Shown one piece after another: positions 13,228-23,800 of a DNA stretch of 52,391 nt; position 1 is the stretch's first letter; each line of letters begins with the position of its first letter. The stretch comes from Candidatus Micrarchaeota archaeon (GTDB lineage: Archaea > Micrarchaeota > Micrarchaeia > Norongarragalinales > SBBD01): contig JAZDGU010000012.1 in the NCBI GenBank assembly GCA_043806595.1, positions 1 to 52,391 of the forward strand. Direction: 5' to 3'. The notes beneath the pieces are model-generated. The model had not been told where the DNA came from. It saw only the letters and a list, made by a program, of their open reading frames with translations, and searched no databases. Position numbers and translations under genes: made by a program.

Positions 13228-16212
13228 CTATGTCGCCTGCATCGTCAGCCCGATCTTCTTCAGCGCCTGCTCGACTGGCTTCTCGTCCGCGCCGCTGGAG
13301 ACCTCGCAGAAAAGGGAGAGGCTCTTGATCAGGCCGCAGTTCCCGGTCAAGAAGCCGTTGGCGAAGAAGTTATGGGTGTCTTGCAGGGTAGTGATGTCAC
13401 GCACGTCCCGCACCTTCAGGGGCTCGATTTTCTCAACCGTCTCCCAGCAGAGGCCTTCCTCGGATGCCGCGTGCGCCGAAATGAATTCCGAAAACGAGGG
13501 AATCGACGAGGCGGGAACATGGACTGACGCACGGTAGCCCATTTTCCTGCTGGAGCGCAGCCAGTCCGCGACGGAATGGCGCGGCAGACCGAGGCTCGAG
13601 GAAATCGACGGGGCCGAATGACCAGCTGCATGCAAGGCCAGAACCTGCCGCTGTGCCGAGGCCCTCCGGGACAACTCGCGCTGCTTGAACTCCGCATATT
13701 CGGCAGCGAACCGCGCGAGTGCCTTCCTGCCCCTGCAGTAGGAGAAGCCGATTGTGCCGTATAAAGCGAGGATGCTTTCCAGCTTCATCGAGAGTACGGC
13801 CTTGATTTTCTTGGTCGTCCTGCCGTCCCTTCGCCGCACGCCTTCGACGATGCGGGTATAGGCAAGGTTCACGCCGAAGCTGCCGAGCATTTTCTGGATT
13901 TGGGAGACGAACGCCACGCCGTCCGCCAGCCGCTCTTCCGTCTTATTGAGTGAAAAAGCCGGGGAAGTGAAGTTCCTGCCCTTTGACTGCATGCGCGGCC
14001 GCGTCATCTCGGATCCGAAATAGGCCGCGAGGAATTCGCGCTGCAGGAGCATGCCGCCGGAGGCAATCCACTCGGGAACGTGCGCCTGCAGCCCGGTTTT
14101 TTCTCCCACGGGCGCGCCCAACGCGGCGAATAGCGCGAACAAGGGCTTCGAGTAGCAGGACATCCTCGTCGTGTCGCCTTCGATGACCATGCCGTTTGCA
14201 AGCTCCGAACGGGCGTGGTGGCGCGTGATTGAGGACGCGATGAAGCCCAGCATCCTCACGTCCGCGGCGATGTCCTGCAGGTCCGCTTGATTGCCGGTGA
14301 AGGTAATGGAGCAGTTAGACTTGTACCGTCTCATCGAAAAGCTCAGGCAGCCGTCGCCGAAGAGGTGGCCGAGGAGCCTCGCAATGACGGGAGCGCGGCG
14401 GTCCGAAGCCTTAAGTGGCAGCAACCCCCTTCCAGCCAGCTCTTTCTTGATGTGTTCGAAATCCGACTTGGGAGGAAGCGCGGTCGCAAGCGTTTCCTCG
14501 GAGAGAACGGTTTTTTCCTCGGCGGCCTGGAAAGCCAGCGGTTTGCCGGGCAGCACGGCGACGCGGTCCCCAATTTTGAGGTCATTGAGGGCGGTTTTCC
14601 CCTCGGGGGTGAAGAACGGGTGGTCGGGAGTCGCAATTATCGCGCGGCCGGTTTCGCCCGTCGTTATCTTGAAGGCGTCGTATTCCCGGGAATCGTGCTT
14701 TATGTAGCGCCCGATGTCGGAGGCGACAAGCCTTTTCTCACCCGGCCAGTCGCTGGAAAGCAGCATTTCCTTGCCCCAGATGCCCTCATAAGCGCCGATT
14801 GAAACCGCGGTCTCGTTGTCCAGGAGAATCTGGGCGTCGGGAGTGATGCAGTTGGGGCCCTCGGGCGTCTCGTTGGGGTCCAGCCTGCCGAAGTGCGTGC
14901 CGTGAAGGTCCCTCGCCTTGTGGTGAGGGTGCTTCTTGGCCAGCGGGGAGATGACGCGCCTCGCGAACGCGAGAGCTGAAATGAAGTTGTAGCGGTCGAC
15001 CGGCTGGCAGACGCCGGTGTGGCCCCCCATCCAGTTGCCCGTAGCCATGCTGTATTTCATGCGCTCCGTGAGGGCGTCCGGCCGGACGATGGTGAAGAGC
15101 GTCATCTTCCTGTGCCTGATGTTCGCCCGCTCGAGCTGGTAGGCGACGTCCTTGACGAAGAACTGGAAGGCGTAACGGAAGAGCTCCTCCATGAGCTTGC
15201 CGCTTATCTTGAGCCTCTTGTTCGCGTAGTGGTCCTTGTCCTCGACCTTGCGCTTGCGGTGCGCGACCATTATCGCGCGCTCGGTCATCCTGCAGAGGTA
15301 GTATGCCTTCGCCATGCGGTCCTTCTCCTCGACGCCGATGTGCGGAAGCAGGTAGCGGTCGATGAGGAGCTCCGCGCGCTTGAGCTGGTAGTCGACGGGC
15401 TGGCCCGGGGCGGCCTTCTTGCCGATGCTCTCGAGCGCGTCCTTGCGCGTCTTGATCTCCTTGTCCGACTCCCAGTTGAGCATGAGGTCGTTATAGATCT
15501 CGGGCGTGTCGCTGAAAGCAGCGGAAACCTTCTCCTGCCTGTCCAGCCCGAGCGCCTTCAGCAGCACCGTCAGCTCGACGTTCTTGTTGAAGGAGGGCAT
15601 CGTGACCGAGATCCTGCCGTCGCGCGCGCGGTCGACGGTTATCCTGCCGCGGAAGCCGAGGCGCGTCGAGAAGACCTTCGCCTGGACGGCGTCGTTCTCC
15701 TTCTCGCGCGAGACGAAGACGCGGTTCGGCGCGAGGTCTTCGATGCTCATGAGCGCCTTCTCCGTGCCGTTGATTATGAAGTATCCGCCCTGGTCCATCG
15801 GGTCCTCGCCCGCGGAAATCAGCTCGTCGCGGCTCATCTTGCTTAGGTAGCAGAGCTTGCTCTTCGTCATGACCGGAAGCTCGCCGATGAAGACCGTTTC
15901 CGTGCGGCCCTCGCTCCCGCTGAAATAAGGGGTAATCTCAAGGAAGATCGGGCTGGAGTAGGAGATGTCGCGCAGGCGCGCCTCCATCGGGTAGTAGATG
16001 CGCCTGCTGCCGTCCGCCTCGGTGATGCTCGGCTGGCCGACGCTCACCTTCCCGAGCTTGAGCACGAGGTTCTCCACCTGGGGCTCGATCACCGCCTGCG
16101 AGCTCACGATCTGCTGCATGCCCTCGGCGACGAACTTGTTGTAGCTCTCGATGAACTGGCTGACGAGGCTGTTCTCCTGCAGATATTCCTTGGTCAGGAC
16201 GGGATAATACAT
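13228..16212 (-). CDS. rpoB2: DNA-directed RNA polymerase subunit B'' (Rpo2 N-terminal half), intein-containing
   Basis: PMEARLR, GGYFIINGTEK, DKDHYANKRL, ATGNW, ARDLH and ETPEGPN/CGL. Confidence 0.97.
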   Translation of the reverse strand: MYYPVLTKEYLQENSLVSQFIESYNKFVAEGMQQIVSSQAVIEPQVENLVLKLGKVSVGQPSITEADGSRRIYYPMEARLRDISYSSPIFLEITPYFSGSEGRTETVFIGELPVMTKSKLCYLSKMSRDELISAGEDPMDQGGYFIINGTEKALMSIEDLAPNRVFVSREKENDAVQAKVFSTRLGFRGRITVDRARDGRISVTMPSFNKNVELTVLLKALGLDRQEKVSAAFSDTPEIYNDLMLNWESDKEIKTRKDALESIGKKAAPGQPVDYQLKRAELLIDRYLLPHIGVEEKDRMAKAYYLCRMTERAIMVAHRKRKVEDKDHYANKRLKISGKLMEELFRYAFQFFVKDVAYQLERANIRHRKMTLFTIVRPDALTERMKYSMATGNWMGGHTGVCQPVDRYNFISALAFARRVISPLAKKHPHHKARDLHGTHFGRLDPNETPEGPNCITPDAQILLDNETAVSIGAYEGIWGKEMLLSSDWPGEKRLVASDIGRYIKHDSREYDAFKITTGETGRAIIATPDHPFFTPEGKTALNDLKIGDRVAVLPGKPLAFQAAEEKTVLSEETLATALPPKSDFEHIKKELAGRGLLPLKASDRRAPVIARLLGHLFGDGCLSFSMRRYKSNCSITFTGNQADLQDIAADVRMLGFIASSITRHHARSELANGMVIEGDTTRMSCYSKPLFALFAALGAPVGEKTGLQAHVPEWIASGGMLLQREFLAAYFGSEMTRPRMQSKGRNFTSPAFSLNKTEERLADGVAFVSQIQKMLGSFGVNLAYTRIVEGVRRRDGRTTKKIKAVLSMKLESILALYGTIGFSYCRGRKALARFAAEYAEFKQRELSRRASAQRQVLALHAAGHSAPSISSSLGLPRHSVADWLRSSRKMGYRASVHVPASSIPSFSEFISAHAASEEGLCWETVEKIEPLKVRDVRDITTLQDTHNFFANGFLTGNCGLIKSLSLFCEVSSGADEKPVEQALKKIGLTMQAT
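13339..14850 (-). mobile_element. Intein (504 aa) with LAGLIDADG-type endonuclease and an HTH-like segment in rpoB''
   Basis: Interrupts ETPEGPN|CGLIK. Starts CITPD, has block B ATPDHPF and the motifs LLGHLFGDG and FLAAYFGSE, and ends HNFFANGFLTGN followed by Cys(+1). Lower GC3 than the exteins. Confidence 0.93.
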
Positions 16213-16241
16213 GCTGGCAAACCCCCCTTTTGGACTGAGCC

Positions 16242-16475
16242 TTAATCCTTCACGAGCCGGTAGTACTGCTCTTCCTTGTGCGTGACCTGCGACAGGCGCA
16301 GGCTCTTAATGACGTCGCCCTCCTGCGCGTTGAGTGCGGCCACCACCGGGTCGTCGGAGCGGACGAGCGGAAGCTGGGACTTGTCGATTCCATAGGTCTC
16401 GAGTACCTGCCTTACCTCGTCCTCCGTGGCAACCGATTGCTTGGCCAGAAAGACGTGGGTAAACCCAGGTTCCAT
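16242..16475 (-). CDS. rpoH: DNA-directed RNA polymerase subunit H (Rpo5)
   Basis: HV..K, QLP....DPV..L.A..GDVIK..R.S and YYRLV motifs. First gene of the rpo operon. Confidence 0.95.
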   Translation of the reverse strand: MEPGFTHVFLAKQSVATEDEVRQVLETYGIDKSQLPLVRSDDPVVAALNAQEGDVIKSLRLSQVTHKEEQYYRLVKD

Positions 16476-16537
16476 CGAATCACTATCAGATCAGTGGTGC
16501 AGCGCGCGTTGGCAAGAGAATAGTTTTTGCCTCCAAA

Positions 16538-16549
16538 GGTTTAAATAAC
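16538..16549 (-). promoter_or_regulatory. Probable TATA box of the rpoH-B-A operon
   Basis: TTATTTAAA on the minus strand, about 65 nt upstream of the rpoH ATG, in an otherwise GC-rich spacer. Confidence 0.5.
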
Positions 16550-16658
16550 TATCTGCCGGAACGCGCGGCTCAAGGGGAACGCGGCGGCGGGGCCACGCGG
16601 GGAGTTTGCAGGCAAGTTTTTTTAATGCGAACAACGTAATGCCGGGAGGCGTGGGGGC

Positions 16659-17042
16659 ATGAGGGAACTCACAGTCGTCGCAAAGGACCGCATAGGGCTT
16701 CTTGCGGACATCTCGGAAGTGCTAGCTGCCAAGGGCGTGAACATCGACTGCATCTCGGTCGAGTCTTCGGCGCGCACCGCGGTCGTGAGGATGCTCGTGG
16801 AGGACGCCACGGCCGCACGCGGCGTGCTTGAAGGCGCGGGCTTCAAGGTCATCGGCGAGCAGGCGCTCATGCTCAGGCTCAAGGACAAGCCCGGGGAACT
16901 CGCCAAGGTGGCGCGCAGGCTGGCCGACCACGGCATCGGCATTGAGAACGCGATGCTGGTCAGCCGCGAGAACAACGAGACCCTCCTCGCGGTAACCACT
17001 TCCGACAACGCGAACGCGCGCAAGCTGCTGGCAGGCCGGTGA
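16659..17042 (+). CDS. Tandem ACT-domain protein
   Basis: Two ACT signatures, DRIGLLADISEVLA..GVNI and DKPGELAKVAR.LAD.GI.I. T-rich TATA at about 16617-16626. Confidence 0.9.
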   Translation: MRELTVVAKDRIGLLADISEVLAAKGVNIDCISVESSARTAVVRMLVEDATAARGVLEGAGFKVIGEQALMLRLKDKPGELAKVARRLADHGIGIENAMLVSRENNETLLAVTTSDNANARKLLAGR

Positions 17043-17434
17043 AAAGCCGCGTTCTGCAATATTCCGCCCGGCGGTCTGACCGAAAGGCGGAAACTCACCA
17101 TACCCATACATGCGTGCGACCTCCAGTAATTCGGTCGGCCAAACGTCCGATTGTTTAATTTCGGACAACACAGAAAGCATTTAATACTTAATTATTCAAA
17201 ACGGCTAAAGAGGCAAATCCGTCCGAAAAAGCTCCTTGTGGCAAAGAGGGAGGCGCGGACGCGGGAGTGGAAGACATGCGGGCCATCTCTACCCATGTGA
17301 GAAAACACTTTGTTGGAAAATGGACTAATCATCGGTTTTTTAAAAACATTTTTAAAGGGGGCGCGCTTACGGGCATGCGTGCAAGGGAGGCAAATCCGGT
17401 AGCGGGTCAATCGCGGCAAGGGGGTGAGGTTGGC

Positions 17435-17821
17435 ATGCGCGAGATTACTGTCGTGGCGAAGGACCGAGTGGGACTGCTCGCGGACATTTCCGAGCTTCTT
17501 GCGGGCAACGGCATCAACGTCAACTCGCTTTCCACCGAGACGGCGAACAGCATCGCAGTGGTTCGTCTGTGCGTGACCGGTGCGCCGAAAGCCAGGGAAG
17601 TTCTGGAGACCAGCGGATACAAGGTCATGGAGAACGACGTCCTCGTCGTGCGCCTGAACGACCGGCCGGGCGAGCTGGCGAAGATCGCGCGCGCGCTTTC
17701 CGAGGACCGCGTGAACATCAACAACGTGTTCATGCTCTCCAAGAGCGGGAACGAGACCCTCCTGGCCCTGAAAGTCAGCAACTACGACACCGCGAGGACC
17801 ACCCTCCGCGGGTATCTCTGA
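17435..17821 (+). CDS. Tandem ACT-domain protein (paralog of 16659-17042)
   Basis: GGTGAGGT RBS before ATG 17435. MREITVVAKDRVGLLADISE is nearly identical to the start of the upstream paralog. Confidence 0.9.
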   Translation: MREITVVAKDRVGLLADISELLAGNGINVNSLSTETANSIAVVRLCVTGAPKAREVLETSGYKVMENDVLVVRLNDRPGELAKIARALSEDRVNINNVFMLSKSGNETLLALKVSNYDTARTTLRGYL

Positions 17822-17833
17822 CAATTTCGACTA

Positions 17834-20800
17834 TTAACTCGAGGAAATCCGTATCCAAGCCCGGTTGTTATTGGGCAAGCCCGACAACCAGCGGACACGC
17901 ACCCTCGTTCCATCTTCCCATTTCCAAAGCTGTTCCTTATACCCCCAGTTATCGGCGACACTGCCTTCATTGAGAGGAGTCTTGCCGTCCTTGGAAAGAA
18001 CCGTATATCTCATCCCCGGGTGGAAGAATACCCAAGTATTGAAGAAAGACAGGTCGTCGACGCGGATTTTGAGGCCATTGTTCAGCGTTAGGATGTCATC
18101 GATTTTGACGGAATAATCGCCATCCCCCGTTTTTTCATCGGAAACTGGCTCCGCAGGGGACGAGCCGTCAAGGCATTTCGTGCTGCCGATTGAATCCATC
18201 TTGAGCGCAACTGTCCCCGCGTTGTTGTTGGCGGCAGTCCAAGTGACGCGCAGGGCGCCGTCGTATTCCCAGGTCTTCTGCCTCTCGGGCAGGAAGTCGT
18301 CCACGCTGCCGACGGAAAGCGTTTTTTGGCCGGTGCGGCTGCCGCAGGACGCGGACAATTTTATGCCGGTGATGGCCGGGCCGGACTTGATTATCTGTTC
18401 CAGGCGCAGCCCGTAGCCGTTGCTGAACACTGCGGTGCTGCGCTCGGCCGAGACATCAAACGTATAGATCCCGTCGCCGACCCTGACTCCGACAATCGGG
18501 CCGACTTCGGTGTGGGGAAGCTTCAATACCGCGGGGCACGTGCCGACGACCCGGCGTATCTTCTCCGCGTCGAACTTCTTCTCCACCTTCAGCGTGAGGG
18601 AGAGCGAGGGCGTGTTCTTCTTGATTTCGGACTCGACGAACTCCTTGAGAGTTCCGCCGCATTTCCCGGTAGACTCGTCGTATAGGATGGAACTGCCCGG
18701 CAAATCGAGGCATATTTTACCGCTCTCGCATTGGGCCCATGAAAGGGACACCGGAGAACCTTGCGGGTACAGGTCGACTGAGGCTCCAAGGCGGATTTTC
18801 GCGTTCAAATACACCTTGGCAAGCAAGTCCTTCATGTCGGCTCCGCTTGCGGGCGAGAGCTTGAGCGAAAGGACGCCGTTCTTGTACGAGGCTTCTATCG
18901 GGCTTTCGAACTGCTTGCATGCCGCCTCCGGGGTTCCAGTCGGCTTTTCGACATCGACGCCGGCCGGGCACTTCTCGGTAGCGGGCGTCTTGCCTGGCCC
19001 TCCCGGCACGTCTTTGCCTGCGGGCCAGACCTTCTGGCCGGAGTTGAGCGCCTTGTCCGTAGTGTACCACGCCTTCTCTGCGGCGTCGTAGCGGATGACT
19101 TCTGTTAGGGCTTCCGGAACCTCGCCTTCAATCAAATCGCTTGCGCGCACGAACTGGAGGATTACACCAACCGTCTTTCCGGATTTCGCTTCTTGCGAAT
19201 AGGCGATTCCGATGACGAGCTGCTCGCCCTGCGTCAGCGCCTCCTGCTGTAAGGGCAGCGCCTTTCCTTCGAGGGACCATTGAGCGGGGTTCTGGAAGTC
19301 CCATGAGAGTTCCTGGCCGTTGCGTAGGTGGATTTCCTTGTCCTGGGGGTCGTAACGGAAAAGTACCAGCGTCTTGCATATCTGGCATGCTTGTTCATAG
19401 GGGTCCTTTATCGCGGAAATTTCCTTGAATTTCTCGATGCCGATGCGGGCTACCGCGGCAAAGCGGTATTTCGCGATTTCGGCGTCGTCCTTGGCGAAAG
19501 TCGGAGAGAACGTCAGGATGCCCTTTTCAGCGACTATCACAAGTGGCTTGTTGCCGTAGCTGCCGTCGCCATTCACGGTAATCGGCGCCGGGGAATCGGT
19601 ATCGGAAGCGAAGCCGGACTTGAAGGTCAAGCTCAGGTAGTCCTGGCCGGACTTCTCCTCCGCGGGCTTGCGCGTCACCGTCAGTCTGACGCTGCCGAGC
19701 TCGCGCCGGATCTCATACGCCTTGTTCGACTTGAGGGAGGAGGCCGGGCTCTGCGTCACGACAGCAACCGAGAGCGTGACTTGGTCCTCGAAGGATTCCA
19801 AAGCCGGCTTGCCGGCCTTGGTGGCGAGCTTGCCGTAGTCGAGGTTGACGACGAGCCTGCCGCTTGCGGTGTCGACCTTGCAGCCGTACGCTTCGTATGC
19901 CTTCGCGGGGTCGGGCTCGTTGCCGATTGCGTTCTCGACCAATGAGACTATAGTGGGACTGCCTGAAGAGGATGCAATGCACTCGTAGCGTTTTCCGCTG
20001 GAGAGCTTTGCGAACGAGCTCTCGAAGACCATCGGCACGGCGTAATCCTTGAGCACGCCATCGGGGGCTTCCGCATTGTTCACGTCCGCAAACGAGGCGA
20101 AGGAGAGCTTTGATGACACCCCGCCTTTTCGCGTGCCGCAGCGCACGTACGCGGACTTCGGCGGAACCGCGAGCTTGACGGGGTTTTCCACGCGCGCGGT
20201 GCGATAGAATCCGTCATTATTGAGTGCGTAGTCGCCGGTTTCAAGCGAGGCCTCCAGCGTTGCCAGTGAGGGCTGGCCGGCGATGTCGCCGACGGACGCG
20301 GAAGCGTCCTTGACCCCGCTGATCTGGCAGTTGTCGCCGTCGAAGATGTCGTAGACGAGCTTGAACTCGCCGGCATCGCCGCCGACGGATGGCGAGCCGC
20401 CGGTGACGATGAACTGCAGCGGGCCGTCAATCGGCTCGTACTTGAATTCGTCCTTGTCGCCGACGACGACGGTAATCGGCGTCAGCTGGACGTTCTGCGT
20501 GCGGAAGTAGCGCTCCTCGATGAACGCCTCCTGCGGCGCGTTCAAGGGGTTGCCCGGCGTGAGCTCGCGCGCGGTAACGCTCGAGAGCTTGACCCCGAAC
20601 TCGTGCTTTAGCAGGCCTTGGGAGGGCGAGCAGAGCTGCTTGCGCTCGAAGCTGCTCTCGGATACTATGTTCTTCGCGGAAACGGATCCCGAAAGGCCGG
20701 TAGAGCCGCGGGAGCCCTGCGTGTTCCAGTAGTTCGGGTAGTTCGGCTGGTTGGAGTACGGTGAGTTGGGGTACTGGTTCTGCTGCATGAGGCCCTCGTC

Positions 20801-23800
20801 GACGCGTTTGTAGAGAGCGGCGTCGCTGCGGATGGCGCACTGCGGCGATTCCGTGCCCTCGTAGTCCTCCTGCAGCAATGCCCAGCGGCTAAGCGTGTAC
20901 GGGTCTATGGTGACGGTAAGCGGGGACTTTATGTAGCTGCCGGCCTGCTGTTGCGGCTGGGGAATCGGTTGCGGCAAGGGCATCTGGCCGTAGTTGGCGC
21001 CCGTGGCTGTTATTATGAGCGGGATGCGGCGGGTGGTGCCGGACTTGAGGGTCACCACGACGTTGCCGGAGAGCGGGGTCGGCACGCAGTAGCTGGGAAG
21101 CGTCGTGGAAAACTGCGCGGAGAACTGCCGGCCTGCGGTGTTTTGGTTGTAATACTGGAGCTGCGGCGGGTAGTTGTAGTAGCGGTCGTAGAAGCCTTGC
21201 TCGGGGTAGGCGGAGTTGGGGTTGTATTGGTAGTATTGAGAGGGCGGGTTGTAGCCGGGGAGGGCGGTCTGGTCGGCGTAGCCGTAGCCGTAAGGCTGCG
21301 GCGAGTAGCCGCCGAAGTTGTCGTAAGGCTGGCGCATGTACGGGTCGTAGGACATCTGGGGCGCGCCATAGTAGCCGGCGCACTGCGGGTTGTTCGCGTA
21401 GACCATGCGGAGGAGCTGGCGGTAGGTGGCGCCGGAGAAGTCGCCAAGCACCTGCAGGCGCTGGTCGGCCTCGCTGCAGTACTGCGTCGAGACCCACGCG
21501 TTGAAGCTGGAGTCGAGGCCGCGGATCGCGCACGAGGTCGCGAGCTCGCCGAGGCCGCCCAACGTGTAGAGCGGGTCGAAGAATGTGTTGCGCTCGTCGA
21601 CGTTGAACTCGATGCGGTCGGGAAGCGGCGGCAGGCTGGTATCGACCGAGGGGTCCTGGCCGGAGTCGAAGTTGGCCGCGGAAACCATTATGGAATAGCT
21701 TTTCGCGATGTCGCCGGCGGCGACGGCGAGGGTGCCGCGCACGCGGAAGTCCTTGGAGACCTTCGAGCCGCTGTAGTCCGCGGAAAGCAGTATCGTCTTG
21801 CCGTTGCAGTCCGCGATGACGTAGTTCAGGAGGTCGTCAGGGCCCTGCAGCTCGCACGAGGAGATGTCCGCCTGCGGGAAGGAGCGCGCCTCCTGCGCGA
21901 AGCCGTTCGAGTCGAGGTACAGGTACACTGGCGACTGAATGTTGGGGTTGGGGCCGACAGTGGCCGTAGGGGAGGGAGTGGGCGTCGGGGTCGCGCCGCC
22001 GGAGCCGGAGAGGAACTCGACCTGCACGCTCATGCACTCGGTTTCGCCTGCGGTCGCGACCGCCTCGTACACGCCGGGCTCGGAGTAATAGCAGGCCTGC
22101 GTGCAGCTTCCCGTGGTCTCCTGGCACGGCACGAGGTTGACGGTGCGACCGTTGCCGCAGCTTACGGAAATCGTGTTCGGCGCGAAGTCGAGGTCGTTGT
22201 ACGTCGCGGAAATCTGGACGTCCCCCGCGGCGGAAACCACCTGCGGGTCCGCGGAGAGCACGCACGAGGGCACCGCCATGGAGCACGCGTCGTCGAGGGA
22301 GGCGCCTTCCACGAAATAGGCGTACGCGCGCCGGGAATTGCACTCGGCACGCGAGAAGTCCGCACTGTAATCGTCATCGCAGCATTGGAGGGAGGTGCCG
22401 CCGCGCGGGCAGGACTTGCGCGCGCACTGCCCGGGGGTGATTGTCGGTGTCGGAGATGGAGTAGGGGTGTTCGTCGGAGTCGGGGTCGGCACGCCCCTGC
22501 GGTAGACGATTACGGTGAAAAGGTGGGTGAGGCCGTCGTCGGTCTTCACGGAAAGCCTGCCGGTCTCGCGGATTCCCTGCGTTTGCGCGAGGGAGGCGTA
22601 GTCCGCGATGAGGTGGATGACGCCGGATTCGCATTCCACGCTAGTGCCACCGGTGAAGACGTCGGAGCCCTTGAGCGTGCACGAGTCTATCGCGCCGGGC
22701 ATGGGCAGGGAGTAGTATGCCTCCGCGGAGCCGTACGCGTCCAGAGTCAGGTAGACGACGGACGGGATCGGCGGGCGGGATGATGGAGTGGGCGTGGGAG
22801 ATGGGGTTACGGACGGGTGCTCTATCTCGTCCACGGTCGGGGACTTGACGTCTATTCGCACGCCGACCGCAGCGGTCAGCGTGTATTTCGAGGAGATCCG
22901 CTGGGTCGCGACTATCTGGCAGGAGGTGCGCGCGGTGGTGTTCGGGATCACCTCGACGTCGGCGCTCGCGGAGTCCGCGAACGAGGAGAAGGAAACGGGT
23001 ATGACGGTGAGTACGGGGACGTTGTTGGAGAGGCAGATCGAGTAGAGGTCGAGCCTGCTCGGGGTGTCCAGCGAGGAGGAGAAGGTGACGGTCTTTATGT
23101 CGAGGTTGTCGGACTTGCCCTTGAACTCGATGCTCTCCGGCGAGGCCTCGAGGCTGTCCTCGGGAGGCGTGACCTCGATGGAGCACGACTCGGAGGACTT
23201 GTAGTCCTTGTGCTCGAGCCGCACGCCGATCCTGCCGAGGGTGATTGCGGTGAACGGCAGGGAGTACGAGCCGAGTGCGCCCGACTCGGGCGAGCCGTCG
23301 CCCTGCAGCTGGGGCTCCTCGGCGTTGAGCGGCGCGCCCTCGCAGTCGAAGAGGGTCACAAGCGCGTCCTCCACGGGGTTGTTGCCCTCGTCGAGCAGGC
23401 GCACCTTGGCCTTGGCAGCCTTGCCTGCCTCGACGCGCTCGGGGGTGATTGAGCGCTTGAACGCGTTGGTGCCCGTGATCCGTATGTTGAAATCGAACTT
23501 CCGCTGGTCGTTCTCGGAATAGAAGGTAACCTGCAGGACGGAGGAGAGCGAGGCCTTTGCAGCCTTGAAGCTGAGCGCCCCGCCCGTGCGCTTTCCTGCC
23601 TCGATGTTCACCGGCAGGCGCTGCTCCGAGGCGACGGTCTCAGCCGAACCGCCGTCGCCCTCGTCACTGGCGAAGTCCATGGATGACGAGCCCGTGAATT
23701 CTGAATGCGCGGTGCGGATGCCAATGGAGTCGATGGCCTCCTGCGACAGCACGTCGTAGACGAGCGAGAACTCGGCGCCCTTGGCGACCTCTATTGAAGA

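Noticed and set aside
17205..17270. c-di-GMP-I riboswitch suggested by GGCAAA...GAAA...GCAAAG words
   Set aside because: The required paired stems could not be formed convincingly. An Infernal/Rfam scan would settle it.
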